From Oculina patagonica (Eukaryota): DNA of 64,000 nucleotides. The notes under the pieces were generated by a model. It had not been told where the DNA came from. It saw only the letters and a list, made by a program, of their open reading frames with translations, and ran no database searches. The stretch covers positions 6,944,001 through 7,008,000 of the forward strand of contig NC_135762.1 in NCBI RefSeq assembly GCF_052425735.1. Reading direction: 5' to 3'. The position numbers and the translations under genes are program-made. Shown one piece after another: positions 37,273 to 48,154 of the stretch; the first letter of the stretch is position 1, and each line of letters starts with the position of its first letter.

Positions 37273-39037
37273 CTGTATTTAAAATACTGTTTTTTTAGTT
37301 CTCACTTGAGTATAGCCTCCCACACAGTCATTTTAGGGGTGATTTCACTCCCCGCGTGAGAGGCTACAACTTGAAGGATTTTAAATTCCCAAAATAGAAA
37401 GAGAGGAACTTAGTTATGTGACACGGAGGCAAAAAATGGCTGAAACAAATAATAATGGCTTGATGATCACATTTCAGACTGATGGAGGCAGGGGGTTAAT
37501 GGACATGAATGGAGAGGGGAGGCTTATTACAAAATCTGCCTTTAAAAGGGCTGCTTATTAATATTAGAGCTAATTATCAACTTAGTTTACTTAACACTAG
37601 CTACAGTCAAATTCACCCAGAGACATTTTTCATGCACCTTTCAGTGATGGCTTCAGAATAGATAAATATATAACTTAATGTAACTACTTATAAATTTATA
37701 AGTTTTGTTGACATTACTCTCTTATTTGTAACCCTTTCTGGACAACTTATAATAACACCTTAATATTTAACATAAATTTATTCTAACTAAATTAAAAAAA
37801 CAGTTTTAACCAAATAAAAACCAATTTCTGCTTTTAGATGCATTCAAAATTTTAAGCCACTTTGTATCTATCATTGCTATTCAGGAACATCCACTAAACT
37901 AAATCCAGGAGCATCTGGTGATACTTCACTGCAGCATGTGAAGCTGTCAGCACAACTGAAGGGGCTGACAAATCAGGTCAGCAGAATTGAACGCCTGCTT
38001 GACAGTTTCATCAACTGCAAAGCCTGCATCAAGAAGGCTTACAAGGCCTGTGCCACATCCACCTGTACTACAAGCTCCCCAGTGCAAAATAATACAGCAC
38101 CTAAGCCTTTTGTTATACTATTAAAAGGATCCAAAAGCTTGCCCTGAAACCTTTGAGCCAACTAAAACACAAGCACAGCCACCACCATCAATTCATCCAG
38201 TGGATTCAACTGACACCACATGGTTGGTAATCCCCAGCATGTATTTATTTAGTCGGGCAAAGAAAATTTAAAATCAAGAAACCCTCAATGTCCTCGAGAA
38301 CTGGTACTAGAGAATAAAAGATGCCCATACAGGACCTGGTTAAGTATTAAAAAAGAATAGTAATTATCTAAAAAATAATATGAGAATAAAAAATTAAGCA
38401 AAAGTATATTTAAAGGAGATAAGTTTTAGTTAGTAAAGTTTGGGGCCAGCCGCCCAAAATAGGTAGAATATAAAGAATAATTGAAAAGAAAGGCCGCGCC
38501 AGCGAGAGATTAGAAAGTGTAAGAAAAAGTAGTATGCACACAAAGGTAGAAACAGCAAGAAAACACAAATGCGCTTTGACCGCGGAGGAGTGTCCAATAC
38601 AGGTTCCAATGAAGTTGCAAATTGATACCTGTAATTGGACACCCACGTGATCGCGCGCCGATTCGCGAAAGGCGCGCGAGAACCAATAAAATCGAGAATT
38701 TTTTAAGACACGATTAGGAAAAAAAAGCCTAATTCATCAAGTGCGCCAGGCAGTATGACTTATTGACAATAAATAAGCAAACAAGCTGCCTTTTTTTTCC
38801 ACCTTCAGGAAAAGTCTCTGTAAGGTGTCAAAGGGTTCATTAGTTTCCCTAATTAATGTTCTGCCTCATCTTAATTTTAGATGTATTTTGGGTGACATGT
38901 CATTATAGTCAGCCCTTAACTTTTACCATAATAAAATTGTTTAATTTTTTTTACATAAATTTGTTAGTTTTGTATTTTCTGTTTTGTTTTTGCGTACTTC
39001 AAAACACATTCATTATCACACATCTTAAAGATTCTTA

Positions 39038-39250
39038 TGTGATCACAAAGATTAAATGTGAATTGTGATCACAGGCGTGATACGTTTGTGATCACAGTAT
39101 TCACATCAGTGATCACACCTATTCCAACAACCTGTGATCAAACCTGACACACACCCATCATCACACTGTGATCAATGTGATCACAGTAAAGACGCGTGAT
39201 CACACCTGTGATCACAGTTGTGATCACAGTGTGATCACTGTGTGATCACA
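39038..39250. repeat. Right subterminal array of GTGATCAC
   Basis: About 10 perfect copies plus variants. Confidence 0.9.
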
Positions 39251-42200
39251 AAATATTTTTACTGGGGTGACTTTGAAGCACTTCTTGAAAGTGTCAAAGT
39301 AAAGTCTAAAATTATTTAGATACTGGAAGTGCCTCAAGAACCACGGAGTAAAAAGAAGCACCAGTGGAACAAAAACGACAAAAAGAACAATCCAAAGACA
39401 GGCAATGATGGTAAATGGCAAGTGTGTTTTCCAGTCTTTTACAAAGTCAATGTTTCCATCTGCGTAAAGCACCCATCTTCCTTGTATAGGCACATAATGG
39501 ACAATGCTGAAAGAGATTATTGTAACATTGGTGTAACAGATTACCAACAGTGTGCAAAAAGCATGCTCAACATTCCTGTTTATGTAACAACCTGGACGGC
39601 GCCTTGCAATTTTGGCCAAAACCATAAGGATGAGAAGAATATACGAGGGGAAAATGTAGTTTACTCCAAGTTTCTGCAGATTGGTCATTCCTCTGTAGAG
39701 ACAAGTTCCAAAACCACTGAGTTTCCAGTTGGCGCCATCAATCACAAAAGAGATAAATGGATCGAGGTACTGTCCTTCTTGCAGGAGAAATGAAATTGTC
39801 TGATATGAGTAAAGCCAGGTGTTTAAATAAGTTGTGAAAATGTCCAACTTGATCCGAAAAACTAACAACACCAGGAGAGGTGTTACAATAAAGAATGCCA
39901 CAACAAGCCCCACGTAATCATTTGTACAAGATTGTGTACAGTGTTCATTGCCTAGGTTCACCGAGTAGCCATCTTTGCATGTCCCGCACAATACACTTGT
40001 ACCATCACGGCCATCAGTACACATTGTTTCAGAATTGTATTGGAAGGTTGAATCATGCTTGGAGAAATTGCAGTAGTGTGGTGGACAGGGGTATGTGCTA
40101 AATTTATGTTCCTTCATTCCACCCCAGTATCCTCGCTTCAAGAACACATGCTTAGAGTCTGCGCTGCAGTTTGAAATACCAAATTCTACAGCACTTGAGA
40201 TACAAGAGCATGTCTTGCCATCTCTTTGCTCAAAACCAGTATAGCAGCGCTTTAAGGTTAATGTCCCTTTGGTAGATCTGCGAACAATGCGGCCCACGAC
40301 TGTGCTGATGTGAACCTTAAGTGGCCTTCCAGCGTTTCCTACAAGGTACAAGTTGTTGATTTTGGAAGAATCCCCTTGCACCAGAAACAAATGAGAAGCT
40401 GTACCCAGTCTTACACTGCCAGCTGTATTTTGGTCACATTCATCAATGATGGTCACTTTGACGACACCTAAAACAGAACTGTTCTTCTCATCAATCAACT
40501 GAATAGTTGCGTCAAAGACTTCACTAGGAGAAACTATCCACTCCTTCTCATTGATTTTTATTAAGACAGGATCAGTAGAAATCTGTTCTTTAGTTCTCTT
40601 GTTGGAATCTTGATACTGAATTACACTAGGCCACTCAAGTGATTGGTTGTTTATGCGGGGCTGTCCACTTTGACGGCATCCCTGAAGCGTTGAGGCAAAT
40701 ACTGAGTCTCCACCACCACTTGTAAGCACCTGATTGCCCTTAAAAACTACTTTGGTCTGCCATTCAGTGACATTCTCCAGACTGTAGCTGTTGTTGTAAG
40801 CCAGAAAACATTGTCGTGTGTCAAGCTCTGTTGTATTAAAAGCTATAACGGGTGGCCCAGAATCCCTCACATAAATTGCCCCACCTCGTTCTTGCGCAGT
40901 GTTATTAAAGAAGTTAAGGCTACTGTGCGGCATAAGCATTATTACTGATGTGCCATACAATCCTAATGCACCCCCCTGACTTCCAGTGTTATTTCTGAAG
41001 GTCACATTACCAAATATGTGTACTGCTGCATTCTCAATCACCATGGCAGTATTGTTACTATATTCAATGTTTACAACTCCTTTAAAAATGAGAGGGAGTG
41101 AGTAAGAATAGATTGCTCCTTGGCCAATAACCTGTCTATCTTCTGTCAATATTATGGAGTTGTTAAAGAAACTACAGTCTTCAAGAACAATAATATACAG
41201 CTTCAATCCTTTTGCAGAAAAGTCTTGGAGGCCATTTACAACTGGTTGGGTAGCCACTCCTATTGCAGAGCCTAACGTTGCCGCATTGTTCTTCCAGTGA
41301 CAGTTTCTGTATTCTATATGTAGCTTGTCGTCATCACCCTTTAGAGAAGAGCTCCATGTTTCATAATATGATACTCCTCCACCCCAGATGGCATTGTTGT
41401 TTTCAAATCTACAATCTTCATATCTCATTTTGTTAGGAAGTAACCACTGGCGATCACTATCGGCAGTCGTTCCACTTCTGATGGCTCCTCCAGCATAATA
41501 CGCACTGTTATTTTTGAATGTGCAGTTCGTCACCTCAAACGTGTTGTTTTGCACTTCATCGTGAAGTTCAATGAAAATTCCACCACCCCAAACAGCATAA
41601 TTATCTTCAAACCGACATCCAGTGACATAAATGCCATTATTTTGTGCTTTTCCTTTTAGAAATATTGACAACCCTCCTCCTCTTCCGAACGGAATATGGT
41701 CATCGCCAGTGGGATTGTTCACTATTGTTTCGTACTGTTGATTGGGAGCGTAATTGTTTCTGAATGTGCAGTTGTAGAAAGTGTAACTGCTGTTGCTATC
41801 AAATTCAGCTAACTCTGTTGAATTTAGGTCAAATGGGTATGTTCCGCCCTGCTGGTAGGTCAACTCCATGTACACACCACCTCCGGCAATTGCAATGTTT
41901 TTCTCAGAGGAATTTGTAATCGCCCGATTGCTTTCAAAGCAGGAATGCGAGATCTGCACATCACCACCTATGTCGTACATGTTGAGCCCAACTCCCGGAC
42001 AGTCCACTATCCAGCAGCTATCTATAACAATGTTCTTGCAGTACACAAAAAAGACAGCAGAGAGAAATTTTATGTGTGGATACCGAAATTCATCGCCAGT
42101 GGTGCTTGCATGCAAGCCACCACAGCCACGGAGCAAGATTTTGCTAAGTGTGATGTCTCTGCTGTTTTCAAACGACAGACTTCCTTGATTCCTTTGGCAA

Positions 42201-42520
42201 TTGATGGAAGCAATTGAGTCTTGATCTCCAGCCAATTCAAAGCCGTGCAAATTTGTAAAGTTGAAATGTCTGGTTAGATTATACGGTGACTGATCAGGCA
42301 ATAACTGCACAAGAGTCGAATTAGTCACATGTGCAAGAGCGTAGTCTAATGTTCTGCAAGGAATTACTCTCCCAGTTCCACTCCAACAAGTTTTGTTGTT
42401 GATTCCATCTCGTTGAGAAACCACAATCTTTCTTTTCCACGTCTGCCCCGCACACAGCAATGGAGCAGTCGCTAAAATGCAAATAACAGGAATGAACGGA
42501 CAGAAATATGGTCCAACCAT
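39224..42520 (-). CDS. Copy C, 5' part: 1084 native codons reading into the TIR (1098-aa truncated product, ectodomain plus ~5 TM)
   Basis: Open from ATG 42520 and highly similar to copy B up to CFKV (39269), then TPVKIFCDHTVITL* encoded by the transposon end. Confidence 0.88.
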   Translation of the reverse strand: MVGPYFCPFIPVICILATAPLLCAGQTWKRKIVVSQRDGINNKTCWSGTGRVIPCRTLDYALAHVTNSTLVQLLPDQSPYNLTRHFNFTNLHGFELAGDQDSIASINCQRNQGSLSFENSRDITLSKILLRGCGGLHASTTGDEFRYPHIKFLSAVFFVYCKNIVIDSCWIVDCPGVGLNMYDIGGDVQISHSCFESNRAITNSSEKNIAIAGGGVYMELTYQQGGTYPFDLNSTELAEFDSNSSYTFYNCTFRNNYAPNQQYETIVNNPTGDDHIPFGRGGGLSIFLKGKAQNNGIYVTGCRFEDNYAVWGGGIFIELHDEVQNNTFEVTNCTFKNNSAYYAGGAIRSGTTADSDRQWLLPNKMRYEDCRFENNNAIWGGGVSYYETWSSSLKGDDDKLHIEYRNCHWKNNAATLGSAIGVATQPVVNGLQDFSAKGLKLYIIVLEDCSFFNNSIILTEDRQVIGQGAIYSYSLPLIFKGVVNIEYSNNTAMVIENAAVHIFGNVTFRNNTGSQGGALGLYGTSVIMLMPHSSLNFFNNTAQERGGAIYVRDSGPPVIAFNTTELDTRQCFLAYNNSYSLENVTEWQTKVVFKGNQVLTSGGGDSVFASTLQGCRQSGQPRINNQSLEWPSVIQYQDSNKRTKEQISTDPVLIKINEKEWIVSPSEVFDATIQLIDEKNSSVLGVVKVTIIDECDQNTAGSVRLGTASHLFLVQGDSSKINNLYLVGNAGRPLKVHISTVVGRIVRRSTKGTLTLKRCYTGFEQRDGKTCSCISSAVEFGISNCSADSKHVFLKRGYWGGMKEHKFSTYPCPPHYCNFSKHDSTFQYNSETMCTDGRDGTSVLCGTCKDGYSVNLGNEHCTQSCTNDYVGLVVAFFIVTPLLVLLVFRIKLDIFTTYLNTWLYSYQTISFLLQEGQYLDPFISFVIDGANWKLSGFGTCLYRGMTNLQKLGVNYIFPSYILLILMVLAKIARRRPGCYINRNVEHAFCTLLVICYTNVTIISFSIVHYVPIQGRWVLYADGNIDFVKDWKTHLPFTIIACLWIVLFVVFVPLVLLFTPWFLRHFQYLNNFRLYFDTFKKCFKVTPVKIFCDHTVITL

Positions 42521-42609
42521 CGTGATTCTCCTTCTCTTACAATGACTACCTTTTCTTAAACACTCAAACACGTTCAAAACTTCTGAACTTCCACAATTTC
42601 ACAGAAAAT

Positions 42610-42639
42610 TTCATTGACGCAAATGAGACTTTCCCGGAA
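42610..42639 (-). promoter_or_regulatory. GAS-like TTCCGGGAA plus TTGCGTCAA upstream of copy C
   Basis: Homologous to 14986-15010. Motif match only. Confidence 0.35.
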
Positions 42640-43191
42640 AACCGTGTAACCACGCCAACATTGCGGTGCGGCCGTACGAACGTTCAAGAGGGGGGTGGGG
42701 GGGGGGGGGTATGTACTTCCTGCTTCCCGTGCTTCCCGTACCGTTTACTCCTGGTTCCCGTCCCTTTCTTTTATGGTTCCCGCTTTTTTGTTCTATTTCT
42801 TTTACAAAATATCACGAAATGTTGTGAAAGTTTCCCGCTTTTTTCCTGCTTGTTGATCTCCGTTCTCCCACCCCCCGTACCCATCCCTCTCGGGCTCCTA
42901 CCACCCCAGCTATTTGCGGTTATCGCTGGTGACGCGCGTTCCCGCACACGCACGGAATTTGTGCAGTTTTTCTTGGCTTGCCATCTGTTTCATCAATGTT
43001 TTCAGCTTTTATTCTAGGGAACTAATCAAACAAAATAGATTTACAGATGCAGGTACGGCTGATGCAGGTCAAACAGGCCTGTAAGACGGCGAAACCACCG
43101 AAACGGAACGAAACCTGACATGCAACAAATAAAAGCTAACCGCAAGCAAACCGGAGTGAATTGAAAGCTCTGAAAGCTAACCACAATTCTT

Positions 43192-43407
43192 CTGCCTCGT
43201 CCCCAGGCGCCGATTGGCCGGACGTTGAGGCGGTAAGGCGGGAAAACAGGGAGCGCGGGGATTGATGGTTAGGGAGCGAGCCGCGGAGCGCGTCCGCTTC
43301 CCCGTCCGCATCAGGCCCAGAACGCCAAGCGAACCGTGCACGTCAGTCCCACAACACCAAGCGAACCGTGCACGACCAAGGACGAGGACGCCTGGGGACG
43401 AGGCAGA
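43192..43407. mobile_element. GC-rich MITE
   Basis: TIR ctgcctcgtccccaggcg / cgcctggggacgaggcag. Confidence 0.7.
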
Positions 43408-43424
43408 CAATTCTTAGAAAGATC

Positions 43425-43527
43425 TAGCCAGCGTAGCTTGGCGTTCTAGTCCTTCCGCCGTCGCTTTGCTCGCGCGCGCGATTTCTCGCTCTCCCCGACT
43501 GACTAGAACGCCAAGCTACGCTGGCTA
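43425..43527. mobile_element. 103-bp MITE with TAG termini
   Basis: 27-bp perfect TIR tagccagcgtagcttggcgttctagtc. Confidence 0.8.
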
Positions 43528-43544
43528 AGAAAGAGGCCTTCCAA

Positions 43545-44047
43545 GAGGGTCTGAATGGGGGTACCTCGATAGCACTAAACACTTATTTGTTTGGCTCTGT
43601 AACACGAAACAGTTAAATTTTAGGCATTTCACTAACAGTAAAAAATTCCTTGTAACAGTAAATTTTATCCAGGATGAAACAAAAACGGCTCCAAAAAGGC
43701 CAAAATTATTTTGTTTCGTGAATGAAGAAGCTTTCGGTCATTTTCCGACGATTTCCGATTATTTCGGAAGATTTCGAAGACTACCGAATATTCCCGAAGA
43801 CTACCGAAGATGTCCGAAGAATTCCGAGAGGAATCCGAAATTTTCTCTAAGTTCATGAGTGATTTTATCCGGTTTTTGAAGAGCGGATAAGAATTAACAA
43901 TACTAAAATATTTCACGAAAAAACCCTCCAAACACTAAACAGTATTTTATCCGAAAACAGTTAACATTAAAAAATTGGCCAATTTAACAGCAAACACTAA
44001 AAATTACAGGCAAATAACACTTAACACTAAACCCCATTCAGACCCTC
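43545..44047. mobile_element. MITE with GAGGG termini, 6-bp TSD
   Basis: TIR gagggtctgaatgggg; TSD TTCCAA at 43539-43544 and 44048-44053. Confidence 0.85.
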
Positions 44048-46066
44048 TTCCAAGGGGGGTAGCCATGTCGCAGTGTCGCGATCGCATGTTTCTTAGAACC
44101 CATGTAGCCTAGCGAACAGCTCTAAATGTTGCTGTCACATTTCATTGCCGTAGTGATGTTGCTTGTCGCTGTTAAAATGTTCCTGTGTCGCCAGTATTCA
44201 GGGTCATGTCGCTTTTACCCCTTGGAAGGCCTCAAGAAAGATCAACCCTTTCACATTTTTTTAAGAAAATCGTCTTGTTGCATGACAAGGAATTGATAAT
44301 ATGTTTAGGCCTGTATGCTTTTAGAGACGTCATCAATATTTCGCGCCAAATTTTAAGTGAGAGAAACTCGTTCGTATGGTGACGTGTTTTATGTGATGAC
44401 TACCCAGCTACCGGTATATCTATGAGTGGCTGGGATGTCTTGGTATCTAATAATTACAGTGGCGAGCCACTGTTAGAATCCGCACAGATCCAGACGTGAA
44501 TGTTGCATCGGACTTGTGAAATGAATATGCATTTTTCGTCCCCTGCCGGGCATTCCGCATCAAAACTACAGAATGCCTGCTCCGTATTGAGGGGGACATG
44601 GGGCCGGGGGGACCCTGAACACCGCAACACCGCAAAAATTATACATAAACACCGCATCACCGCAAGAAAATTTGACGAAACACCGTCACCGCAATAAAAT
44701 CAAGTTAATTACCAACTAGAAATAGCTGACACTAGGTTGCCCCCGAAGTTTCGACGATGTTTATCGGTTTTTCTCTGCTGTTCATCCTTTTCTACAATTC
44801 AGACATTTTATTAGAAATTAATTTTCTATTTTGGATGATTATTAATTATGATACGGTAAATCATTTAATTACAAGAACGCAACAGCATCTTGATATCATT
44901 TTGTCATGTTTTGCTGTGGTGGGGGATCTCAGCTAGACTCAAGCTAGACTTTAGAAAAAGTCCGTCGTCTTTATTAATTTAACACGGTCGACCTATCGCG
45001 ACTTGCGTGGCTCGTTTTCGCGACTTCGTCGCTTTGAATGGGCCGCTTTGCGGGCTCGAATCTAACACGCCTGCCGCGAGTTTTAAATAATCACAATGCA
45101 TCTCGAGATCTCTTTTGAATTTCTTTTCTTGATGCCGCATAAGTTTTCTCCATTCAAGTAGTTTGTGCCTGGTAAATCACGGTCAGTTGGACAAAGGCTT
45201 TCTTATCGTAAATCACGCTTCATGACAACGATCAACTTTTTAAACGGAAAGGATACCGAAATAATTTCTCACCTTTGACAATGAAAACGCTTGACTTTCT
45301 CAAAGTCGCTCGCTTCTGGTTTCCGGTTTCGCCTGCCGCGAGTCTTAAACAATCCGGAGATAGACTGATCAAGGCTTTTCTCCGTTCAAGTAGTTTGCGC
45401 TTGGTAAATCGCGGTTTTGGACTAAGGCTTGCTTATCGTAAATCGCAGACAAATTTGAAGATATGGCTTGATATGTTCGTACGTGTTCCTAGACATATTT
45501 ATTCTTCGGCCACTCAGATGTAAAAAATGTGGATTTTCTTACTTCTCTGCGAGTTACTTAGTTAATTATCGCGAAGTCTTTTCAACAATTGCATTGCTTT
45601 CGGCTTTTAGACATTGTGAAATGAATAGGCCTCGAATAAAACCTAAAATTATCTTTTTCAAAATTCTGCCCAACTGCAATCAACGTTTACAAGCGTCGTT
45701 CGTTTGCTTGTTGTCATCCGTGCACGTGCTCATGCTTAGGCTGTCATCATTACCCAATCATCGTTTACTTGCGTCATCATTGACCAATCACCGTATGTCG
45801 GCATTTTACAACTCCCGATACCTACTTGCAGGCTTTCAGCTTGTCGGCATTTTACAACTCCCGATACCATTTGCGGGCAAAAATTGATCAAATCGAGATT
45901 TTTCCCAGTATATACTATATATACTCTATATTCGCGCGGATTACAATGATGCCTCCTCGGGTTTTGGCCTCTGGGCCAAAACCCTGCGGGGGCAATAAAA
46001 ACGTATTAGGATTGGGTTGAAGATTAAATAGACAATATTTGACTGTATTTTGTTATAAATTTAACA

Positions 46067-46351
46067 TAGAGCAGTTTTCAATTGAGTGTCGTAAAACCAA
46101 AACCAAAGTAATTACTCTGGCCAATCACAAAGGACACAGACAATCAGGTAAACCAATCAAAACTCGAAGCAAATACATGTTTCCGACACGAAGCGCGGGA
46201 AAACGTGCGCAAGCGAGTCACGATTGGTTTTGGTTTTACTTCTGATTGGCTGAGAAAGTGGCACGTGAGTTTTAAACCAATCAGTGAGCGCAGTAATGCA
46301 AAACCAATGTAAACGCGAATTACTTTCGACACTCAAGTGAAAACCGCTCTT
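46067..46351. mobile_element. MITE with TAGAGC termini (uninterrupted copy of the 52392-55945 host family)
   Basis: TIR tagagcagttttcaattgagtgtcg / cgacactcaagtgaaaaccgctct. Confidence 0.8.
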
Positions 46352-46373
46352 TAAGGACGGATTAACGAAGATA

Positions 46374-46825
46374 CCGTAATGATTCGATTTAGCGCCCTCC
46401 TTCCAATAAGCGCCCCCTTCCGAATAAACGCCCCCTTCGAATGTGTTTTTGTCAATAAGCGCCCCTATTCCAATAAGCGCCCCCATTCTAGTAAGCGTCC
46501 CCATTCTTATAAGTGCACCTATTCTAATACACGCCCCCTATTGTGGATAACTGCCCCTACTGAAGTCATTGACGTCATATATTTACTGCGAAAACGAACA
46601 ATTCTTTTAAAAGTAAGTGAACTTTCAACAATTTGCTACTATTACAGTTTCTGTCATTGTTAGTTATCTTAATATTTATTAAAGTTTTGTTTTGAAGATT
46701 TAGTTGTTTCTCGAAAAATTAAATAAGCGCCCTGTCCCGAATAAGCGCCCTGTCTCGAATAAACGCCCTCCCTTGAGGTGCCAAAAGTAAATAAGCGCCC
46801 CGGGCGCTAAATCGAATCATTACGG
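46374..46825. mobile_element. Tc1/mariner-type MITE, TA TSD
   Basis: TIR ccgtaatgattcgatttagcgccc flanked by TA on both sides; internal aataagcgccc repeats. Confidence 0.85.
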
Positions 46826-47466
46826 TAACAGAGATAAGCGTTAGACAAGAAACCGTAACACCGCTAATAGTTTCGTTTCACCGAACACCGTAGGTTAAAA
46901 AACACAAACATCGCACACCGTAGGGTTTGAGATCACCGCAACACCGCAAGATTTGATTTTATTCACCGGAACACCGCATAAAAAAATTAGCAACACCGCA
47001 AACCTCCCTGTCCCCCTCCGTATTGGGATTCATGTGCCCTTAATAGTACCTTTTCAAAGGAACCATTCACACTCAATTATTAATGAGTTTCACAAGGAAC
47101 CTTTTGAATTTTAGCCTTAAAAAAGTAGCTAATGAGTCTTATTAGCAGTGTGTCTATGAGTGTAGCGTTTCTCTAGCTTTTGGAGAATTCTAGCCTTTTA
47201 CGTCAGTTGCACACGTAAAAATACGACTGTCCTTTCTATGCTGAAGTCCTTGTCCCTTTTCCTTTTGTCAATCGGAGAAGATGTAGAAATGTTACTTTCT
47301 GACACGTCCCTTTGTCTGTTTCTCTTCGTTTTCTCTCCTTTTGAAGGCGTAAAGGAAACCTTGATCACAGTTTACCCACAATTAAAAGGAACGTGATCAC
47401 AGGCTACCCACAATCGCAACGAACGTAAAACTGCGCGTGCGTGATTTAATGTACAGAACCATATGG

Positions 47467-47474
47467 TGACGTCA
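47467..47474 (+). promoter_or_regulatory. CRE palindrome TGACGTCA upstream of the putative 5'-UTR exon (donor cag|gtaagg at 47623) of the LDAF1-like gene
   Basis: Perfect motif. The intron 47624-48646 ends with branch point gctaac, a polypyrimidine tract and AAG. Confidence 0.4.
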
Positions 47475-48154
47475 AATTAGCTGTACGTCAGAAATTACAT
47501 TTTTCTTCGCTTAGTTCGTGAGTAAAAAAGCCAAGAAATTCGCGTTTTCGAGTGCAAAGTTCTTTGATAGCTCCGCAGAAAGAAAAAAGAGAGACGCTAG
47601 ATTTTAAATTGTGAAATACACAGGTAAGGTTGAAACTGAACAAACGTTCAGATTGCAAATACGACTCAGTTTAAATTGTTAAAGAGACTATCCTATGTCA
47701 CGGATTTTACCAGATTTTTGAACAACTAAAATTTATATTTGTGTCGCAGGAAACCTAAAAATAATAGTCCTATTTATTTAAAAATTGCTATATTAGAAAA
47801 ACTAATATATAAAACTGTTAAACGAACATCTTTGGCTGCGGATGGCTTGGATGGAAAGGATTGCAACTTGGAAACGTTAGTCTAACGTTTCAGTTCTAGT
47901 CGTTTCCGCGCGTCATCCGAAAATCGATATTTATAGCCGTAGCTTGGTTTCTATCCGCAAATTAAGGTTATATTAAATTAAGGTTATATAGTTCAAATTA
48001 AGGTTCAAAGATAATGATTTTTCATGGGTTTAGTTGCTTACAACTAAATTTCAGAATTTTCAATTTGAGATCTAAAGTTCCTGATGGCATCACAATTATA
48101 TCACTTGTTTATAGCTAAACTGGACCACTATTTGTAGGTTTCCATACGTCTTAA

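Larger units (their letters stand above)
31828..38760 (+). pseudogene. Putative second (accessory) multi-exon gene of the transposon, decayed or mis-assembled
   Basis: ATG 31828 (MALFHVIEFPNE) follows a CCAAT box; K/E-rich ORF pieces at 32010-32750; AG..GT bounded exon-like segments at ~35967-36001, ~36310-36336, ~36866-36925; from ~37885 a coiled-coil-like LSAQLKGLTNQVSRIERLLD..CKAC. Confidence 0.45.
27048..39267 (-). mobile_element. 12.2-kb EnSpm/CACTA (CMC superfamily) DNA transposon
   Basis: Perfect 28-bp TIR CCCCAGTAAAAATATTTTGTGATCACAC, subterminal GTGATCAC arrays at both ends and a CMC transposase inside. It splits copy C between codons V and K of CFKV|KYRW. No clean TSD (extra ttta on the left, t on the right). 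Confidence 0.93.
44589..47018. mobile_element. 2.4-kb non-autonomous element, GAGGG termini, 6-bp TSD, hosting two nested MITEs
   Basis: gagggggaca.../...tgtccccctc; TSD CGTATT at 44583-44588 and 47019-47024; acaccgca repeats near both ends. Confidence 0.75.
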
